From Takakia lepidozioides (Eukaryota > Plantae > Bryophyta), in contig JAKLZA010000021.1 in NCBI GenBank assembly GCA_030704615.1, forward strand, positions 1 through 17,000: 17,000 nucleotides of DNA, written 5' to 3'. The first letter of the stretch is position 1, and every line of letters begins with the position of its first letter. The notes beneath the pieces are model-generated. The model searched no databases and was not told the DNA's origin. It was given only the letters and a program-made list of their open reading frames with translations. A program made the translations under genes and the position numbers. Of the stretch, positions 10,442 through 17,000 are shown piece by piece.

Positions 10442-11590
10442 AAATGTGCAGTGGTAGCAATCAACGACAGAGGAGAGGGAGGAAGTGATCTTAAGTGGCA
10501 GTGGGGTAGCCAAGAGATCCGGTCCTCCCTTCCTACACTTACCTAGGCGTTGAGTTTTCCTCCAATTGTAATTGGGATGCACATATACGGAAAGTTGTTC
10601 AAACTGGCAAGGGCAAAGCTCTGGGGCTCACTAAATTTTTCCACTGCAGAGGGGTCATCTCTGAGGTTAAGAAAACCATGCTTTGTCGCGTTATTAGACC
10701 TGCCTTGGAGTACGGATCTGCTATATGGGTTGATAACTCCAACCAGGCTAAGTCTCTAGAATCCATTCAAGTGGGGGTGCTTAAGGAGTGTATGTCAGCA
10801 TGGAGAAAACAGCCAATGTGGCTGTTCGGGGGTGAGTTTGGCATCCCATCCTTAAGCTCCCGACGAGATGAATTCAAGGTCAGATGGTGGGGTCAGCTGC
10901 AACATATGCCCAACACCAGATATCCTAAGTTGATCGACTCTAAATCTTGAAACAGGACCGCCCTGTCAAACAGACTAAGTCCTGGCAGAAGAGAGTAGAA
11001 AAGATTCTCAAGGACCTGGACCTGGATCCGCAAGTCTTGACCCTGCTGGATAAATCTGCCTTAGAGGCTGTAGTGTCTGAAGCCATGTCTGTTGCCATGA
11101 GATTGTCTGATGAAAATGAAGTTAGGCAGAGAACTTCCCTGAACTTGTTTCCAGTCAGTGACATGGGGGTGGACATCTTGGATGACCTGAAGGGTCCACC
11201 CACTCTCTCACTAGACTGAAATTTAAACTCAGGGCAGGAAGCCTACCTTTGAACAGCAAACAGAAGCAGATCGGAAAGGGAGAGTGCAATTGTCCGTTGT
11301 GTGGGCAATCTGAAGACAGTATTCATTTTCTGATACGCTGTCCGGGGTTCTCTCACAAAGAGACGCTCTCTTCAATTCTATCAAGGGAATTGTGCCTGTA
11401 CCCCTGTTTACCAACTTTGAAAGACTCGAGGCTGAGCCAAAAGCCCAGGCCCTCCTGAGGCCTAGTTTTTGGGCAAATCACACACAGCAGATTGATGCTT
11501 GTGTGAAGGGATTTCTAGAGGATATCTGGAAAACCCGGATCAATGCTTTATACGAAGGTAAGTCTTACTACCAACGTCATAGGGTCATTG
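10442..11590 (+). mobile_element. 5'-truncated non-LTR retrotransposon (LINE; RT C-terminus plus zinc knuckle), family B
   Basis: KCAVV..SYTYLGVEFSSNCNWDAHIRKV..VIRPALEYGSAIW..LESIQ..CPLCGQSEDSIHFLIRCP, with frameshifts. The 3' part matches the 7578-7777 insertion. Confidence 0.85.
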
Positions 11591-13812
11591 TCTGACTCAC
11601 TGCCCGGGGTGCTATCACCATACAGACCACCGGATATCCAAGCTATCAATTGAATTGTGTCTGCACCTGTGTTTACAAACATTGAGAGTCTTTAGGCCTT
11701 TTGGGCTCCGATGCTGGGCTCCGCCATACAGCCATTTGCTGATTGTGTGAATAGATGTCCACTCCCTATGTGCAAAACCCAGATGGATGTTCTGTTTCCT
11801 GGTAAGTGTGTATGATGGTACTGATGTGAACCCGCCCACATTATGTTTCTTCACCAATGAATGGCCTTACATGTTATGAGGACATTCTGTCCCTCTCCTT
11901 TTCAGTTTTTGGCACTTGCGCTGCAGGGGAGTGGGTTTGAGGTCAGCCAATCCATAGTTGTGGTTGTGGGATCGTTTGTGCTCTGGTGACGTTGTGTTCA
12001 GTAGGACTACAGCTGATGCACCTTGTGTGTGGGATGTTTTTGGCAGCGGAAGGGGAGTGAAGCTGCAGCAAAGCACTCACAGCCACCACACAATGCCAAC
12101 CAACACCAACCTTGGCACCCACCCCCTGCCGCATGGTCTCCACAACAGAGTGCACCATGGGGAGCCCCCCCTGCTTCGGGGTCGTGGCGCTGGCTTCCTG
12201 ATGCTGGCACGTCACAATGGGGGCCTCCCACATCTCCATACGGCCCTCCCCCCTCCGGCACACATCAGTCACCCCCACAACGTATGACGGCGCTGCTCCA
12301 GAGCATGGGGGCAGGAAACGGACATCAGAGCTGAGGAAGGAACGACGCCATGCCATGAAACAATGGGAAGGAGATGGAGAGGGAAGGGTGGCTGCAGGGC
12401 TAAAGCGCCACAAGGTGGAGGTGCATGGAAATGGAGTCATCAATGTTGGCTGCGAAGGTAAGGAACACTGGCAGCGTGATTTGCGTGGCCTGGCATTGCG
12501 TTACCTTGACTCAAGCGTACAAGACATTGACCAGCAGTCCCAGAGTGCCATGTCAACAGTAATAGAGGGCATAAATGGAATGTACGAGTACAGACCTATC
12601 CCTGCCAATCGTGATTTTATAGTGAAGCAATGTGGGAAGATAATGAAAGGAGAAAGAGCAAAACTGAAAGATAAATGGGCAAAGACTGGTGTGAGGCCAA
12701 TGAACACTGAACCCGCCTATTGGGATAAGCTTGTTGCCTACTGGGAGTCCCCTCGTGGACTTGCAAAGGCTGAAGGGATGAAGCAAGCGCGTGCTTGTGT
12801 CACGAACCCCTCGCGTTGGGGCCGGGCAGGAGTTGCAGGCCAAGCAGCCCGTTTGGTAATCTCCTCACCCCCTTCTCATTGCTCCTACGTTGTGGCATGT
12901 TCTGATGGAAGAGACACCCACGAGTGGGTTTTATTGCTTGTGCAGAATTAGTTGTTATGTGATATGCAGGGCAGTGCTTTGTCCATATGCTCCTGGCATT
13001 TTGTACTGACAGTGTGTGGATGGGCAAATACAGAAAAGACGCAAAGCGCGGAGCCCGTCACTGTCCGAGCTCGGGGCGGAGCAAAAGAACTATGCGACTG
13101 GCACCCCATCAGAGTCTGTTTTGAGCCAGGTATGTTTTGAAGTCCGGTTTCCATTCATGAATCTGTTGTTGTACTAAGATTTGGTGGGTATGTGGGGCCC
13201 CCGCATGGTACACGAGGGGTGTTATGCCAAACCCAGCCATCTCCGAATGCCTGAAATCCTGCACATTCGGCCTCTTCTTCTGGTTTTTAACAGTACGGGT
13301 GGGTGTTTGTATGCGTAGGGAGCGGGGAACTCAATGGCAGCCCGCATCGGGGCCCTGGAGAGGCTTGCGGCTCTCTCTGCGGAGCGGGAGAGGGAAGATG
13401 GAAGCACAACTGAAGAAGATAGTGGAACTCATGATGAGGCAAAAAGGGGGTGTGACGGGTGGCATTATGGAAGACCCCCCTGCTGCGACCATTGTACCTG
13501 AGAAGGAGGAAGTAATTGTAGTGGGTAGGGATGTGACAGAGGTCCAGCCTGTTGTTGATGATATTCACAGTGGGGGCAGGGTCCACTCGTTGAAGAGGGA
13601 GAGGTCCAGCGAGTTGGTGGGGATGACATGGACGATGGGGGGGTCATTGCTCATTCTATCAAGGGAAAAGGGGAAGCTGTAGGGGGAGAGGGTGGTAGTT
13701 TGCCTGGTCCAGGCTGCAGGGGGACCGAAACTTTGCCCTCCGGGGTGACTGTTGTCTCCCAACCCACTGAGGTGAGACCCCGTGACACCCCTTCAAAAGC
13801 TCCTTTCATAGA

Positions 13813-14390
13813 AAGTCGAAACTAATTGTTCTAGACCTGAACGGGATCCTGTGCCACTCTATTCCTAACTTTCAGCCCAACCCGAGGCGTCATTGGCCAT
13901 GGGTGTTGACCACCAACAAGTATGTTTTCCCAAGGCCCAGGTCTGCGAGTTTTTAAACCTTCTCTTCCGGCATTTCTACGTTGGGATATGGTCCTGTGCT
14001 TCCAAGGGGAATGTTGCAGACATCTTCAAAGTGGTGATGCAGGGGGTCAAGGGTTCTCCCCTCTTTGTGTGGTCACAAGAGGAGTGTGACCCCTTGACAG
14101 AGCCACACCCCACAAAAGGGCCTGCCGTACAGAACTTACAGAAGAGACTGTCGAGGGTGTGGTCGGAATTTTCTGGATTTAACGAATCCAACACCCTCCT
14201 AGTGGATGATTCACCACACAAGGGGAGGGGGAACTCCCCTTTGAACATGGTCCATCCATTGTCGTTTGATGTCACTAGCAATGTCAGTGAGGGGCCCGAT
14301 TCAGAGTACCTTTTAGAAACAGTCTGGCCCTACTGCCAAGATTTGTTTTGCTCCAAGGATGTGCGTGTCTTCACAAGCACGCGGAAGCTG
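13813..14390 (+). other. FCP1/SCP (NIF) HAD-superfamily phosphatase domain within the TnpA-like exon
   Basis: The frame starting at 13801, not listed in the ORF track, reads KSKLIVLDLNGILCHS..KYVFPRP (nucleophile Asp at 13834-13836). After a shift at ~13940 it continues EFLNLLFRHFYVGIWSCA..PLFVWSQEEC..QKRLSRVW..FNESNTLLVDDSPHKGRGN..NMVHPLSF, giving HAD motifs I-IV in order. Confidence 0.88.
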
Positions 14391-16079
14391 ACCCCGACTG
14401 GCAGCTTGAATGTGGGAGAGGATGGGGTCGTTGGGGGAAGTACTTCTGCGCCCATGCAGGTGAAACTAACCTTACTGTTTGCAACATGACATCGAACCCA
14501 AAAGATATGTTTGTTTTGTTCCCCCCGGATGCCCTCTCACGCAAGGCTGGCACTATATGTTTTGCAGGGACCACATGTACAGGGAGTGGCAGTGGGGTCG
14601 TCTGTGAAGAAGGTGGGTCCTGCGCCAAGGACCATAGTGCTACGGCGGCAGCATTCCGGATTCCCCCCCCGGCATGAGGAGGCAGGCTCCAAGGTATGGT
14701 TGTTCCCAGCCCCTCTCCGCAAACTTACTTGGTTGGTTTCCTTTATGGATACACTTCCTGAAGCGTTGCAATGTGTATTCATTGCAGGTGAGCAAGAGGA
14801 GTGGGCTGTCCCCGGCACCATCATCGCAGCAGGACGTGGTTCCCCAGGCATGCATTCATGGCTCCTTGCTTTGCCTGGCTGGTTTTAGTAGGGTTATTTT
14901 TGCCAGGAGGTTGTAGTGTGCACGGTCTGAGCAGGGTGTAAGTTAGCTTGCTCCGTGGAGGTGTGTTTTATACCATTGCAACCACCAGAGTTCATGTTAT
15001 TCTTATCCGTCTGACTAAACCTCTTTTTGCTGCTGCAGTTGAAGACACGTGGGCAGCTTTCCTCAGTTGCCACCCTCAGCGACGAGCTTCGCTTCAAGGT
15101 AGGTTGGTACACCATGAATTTGCTGCTGATTCAGTATTGTGGCAACCAAGATCGTTTCCATGCCCAGCTGCGCTTGACTTTCACCCTGTCATTGCTATGT
15201 TTGTTGCTGAGTGGACCCTGATGTTGGTGTCTGCAGATATCAGATCCTGTGTTTCTCCTGAACCCCCATGACAAGCGGTCAAAGACAGCCGCCGCCAAGG
15301 CGGAAGTGGTGGGAATAGCCGGGGTTGACAAGTTCCACTGCAAGGACATTCCATCCGGGTGGTACAAGGTGAAAGTCCACGAGATCATGCTTCCAAGTGT
15401 TACACTGCCTTGCCCAAATGTGGACGATGCCCCCCCCCAGACCACACTAGCGCACGTGAAAGGCACGGTGACTCTGTGGCCAGAGAAGAGTATGAGGAGG
15501 GTGAAGGTATCAAGTGACATTTCATGTTTGTAGTCCCTGTTGGGTGTGTAATGATACTCATAGAAGTGTGTATGATACTCACGTTACCAGTTTTGTACAT
15601 TTGGGCCATGACAGTTTAAGTGATGTCCGGCAACCATGTATGTTGGCATTTAGTCTTGCTCATATGCAGGTGTGCCGTGACGGTCTCCAATTTGAATGCA
15701 ATATTCCATTTCCTGACTTGTCGTCGTGTCCGTCCACCTTCTATGTGTATGTGTGATGGTCTTTGGTCTCCCTGTGCCTCGTCTATTGGTTCATTAGCGT
15801 GATGTTGTGCATGCATCGTGGTCTGTGTTCTGAGTGTCGCCCAGTATCATTGCTTCTCAATTCCCCCTGCATATGGGTGAACCACAAAACCAGTAGAATG
15901 CATCAGAACCATATTTTCAGCTTAGAATGCAAGTCAGTTGGACAACTCACACAAACCACTACAAGTGCTCATTTGCAGTGCTTTCCTACTGTAGTGCAAC
16001 CAACTAGCATAGTGGCAGCGGAGTTGGCCAAAGCAGTCCCGAGATGGCACAAGCACTCTGCGTCTTTCCACTAGCAGTC

Positions 16080-16646
16080 GTACCCCTCACGCCATTTTGC
16101 GTGGGGACGACCCACGCGTCGACCGCACACACTCTCCACGTGGTCCCCGTGGATTCGTCCTGCCGGCAGTTGTGGTCAGTCGACTTCGCCAGTGGCTGTT
16201 GCCACGTGACATGCAGCACTCCAAGTTATGTGGCCGACTGCGATGTGGCGTCTTGAGCCCGTGGCCACGCAACGGCATTACCGCTCGTCGCGGCGCCGCC
16301 ACATCGGCATCCACGTCCGCATCCACGTCCGCGTCCATGTGTCACCGCGCCCCGGGTGAGTCAGTCCACTCATCCGGAGGGAAAAGTCAAAGTCAGCTCA
16401 AAACATCAGACACACGGGCGGCCCGCCTGGTTACGCCACGTGGTTCTTCAGCATTAATCGCATTAATCGCTGAGCAGTTGTTCGCGCGTCTACGTTCTTT
16501 ACCACTCCAATCATTGGATGTCCAACCCAACTACCACGTCTGTTGTAACTGGTCTGTTGTAACTTCCAGTCGATCCCTGTTTTTTGACTTTTACGACTCA
16601 AAATGAGTCGTTACCCCAGTGGTAAATGACATGAATGCTTCTAGTG
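16080..16646. repeat. CACTA right subterminal repeat region and terminus
   Basis: Dense CCACG(T)/(A)CGTGG words, a 12-bp tandem GCATCCACGTCC (16307-16340), GCATTAATC x2 (16451-16468), the hairpin ACGACTCA-AAA-TGAGTCGT (16593-16611) and terminal TAGTG (16642-16646). Confidence 0.75.
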
Positions 16647-17000
16647 ATGGGGAAAGAGAATGGAATTGGAAGATTCAATTAAGGTCAGGAAACATGAATT
16701 ATACCATGTGGAAGAAGTACGTGCTGAAGCAGCTGATAACATGACCAGAATTCAGATGAAGAGGAAGGAACAGTTTGATGACGGCAAATTAAAGACTTTT
16801 AAGACGGGAGATTTGGTTCTCTGGTTGCAGAAGAAGGAGAAGATTAAAGCTTCTAAGCTTACATCACCATGGAAAGGACATTATGTCATACAGAAGATGT
16901 ATGATAATAACACCGCCATGTTACAAACCATTAACAAAGAGATGCTGGGAAGAGTCAATGCCAATAAGTTGAAGGGGTACAGTGGTATCCATGACAAACC
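16647..17000 (+). mobile_element. Ty3/Gypsy LTR-retrotransposon integrase C-terminal region (GPY/F-like), truncated by the CACTA end
   Basis: Open frame from 16648 to the window end: ..ELYHVEEVRAEAADNMTRIQMKRKEQFD..FKTGDLVLW..KLTSPWKGHYVIQKMYDNNT..GRVNANKLKGY. Confidence 0.85.

Larger units (their letters stand above)
8917..15533 (+). pseudogene. CACTA TnpA-like multi-exon gene (Transposase_24-like + FCP1/NIF phosphatase + TNP1/DUF8039-like C-terminal domain), frameshifted
   Basis: Proposed phase-0 exons: 8917-9219, 12047-12855, 13034-13129, 13319-14459, 14568-14693, 14788-14847 (GC donor), 15039-15098 and 15237-~15533. Motifs WDKLVAYWES..KAEGMKQARA..SRWGRAG (Ptta/En/Spm-like) and FHCKDIPSGWYKVKVHEI..LPCPN..TTLAHVKGTVTLWP (C-terminal TnpA-type domain). 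Frameshifts near 12275, 13390, 13620, 13790-13820 and 13940. Linkage of exon 1 across the LINE-filled intron is inferred. Confidence 0.72.
1405..16646. mobile_element. CACTA/EnSpm DNA transposon (right terminus present; left terminus missing or outside the window)
   Basis: Contains a TnpD-type transposase and a TnpA-like gene. Ends in TAGTG (reverse complement CACTA) at 16642-16646, after a repeat-rich subterminal region and directly against truncated Gypsy integrase coding sequence. The left boundary is approximate, and the region could be two joined elements. Confidence 0.7.

Noticed and set aside
16087-16606. ORFs with DADV / ASTS repeats
   Set aside because: By-products of the 12-bp subterminal tandem repeat in GC-rich non-coding DNA.

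Overview
Eukaryotic, plant-type repeat-rich DNA: a PLS/E-class PPR relic and GT-AG introns point to a land plant, plausibly a bryophyte (inference). Most of the window (~1405-16646) reads as a large CACTA/EnSpm DNA transposon region. It holds (i) a near-intact 3-exon TnpD/Tnp2 DDE transposase on the minus strand; (ii) a divergently oriented multi-exon TnpA-like gene on the plus strand, whose largest exon carries an FCP1/NIF-type HAD phosphatase domain between a Transposase_24-like region and a TNP1/DUF8039-like C-terminal domain; (iii) a small multi-exon ORF I cannot assign; and (iv) a PPR gene fragment between the two transposase genes. Two different 5'-truncated LINEs sit head-to-head in the first TnpA intron, and a 200-bp 3' piece of one family interrupts the PPR relic. 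The right CACTA terminus (TAGTG, 16642-16646) cuts straight into Ty3/Gypsy integrase coding sequence. No matching left terminus is in the window. Instead, 1-1359 encodes a degenerate C5 cytosine methyltransferase of the type carried in retrotransposon pol. All family calls come from motif recognition by eye, not from database searches.
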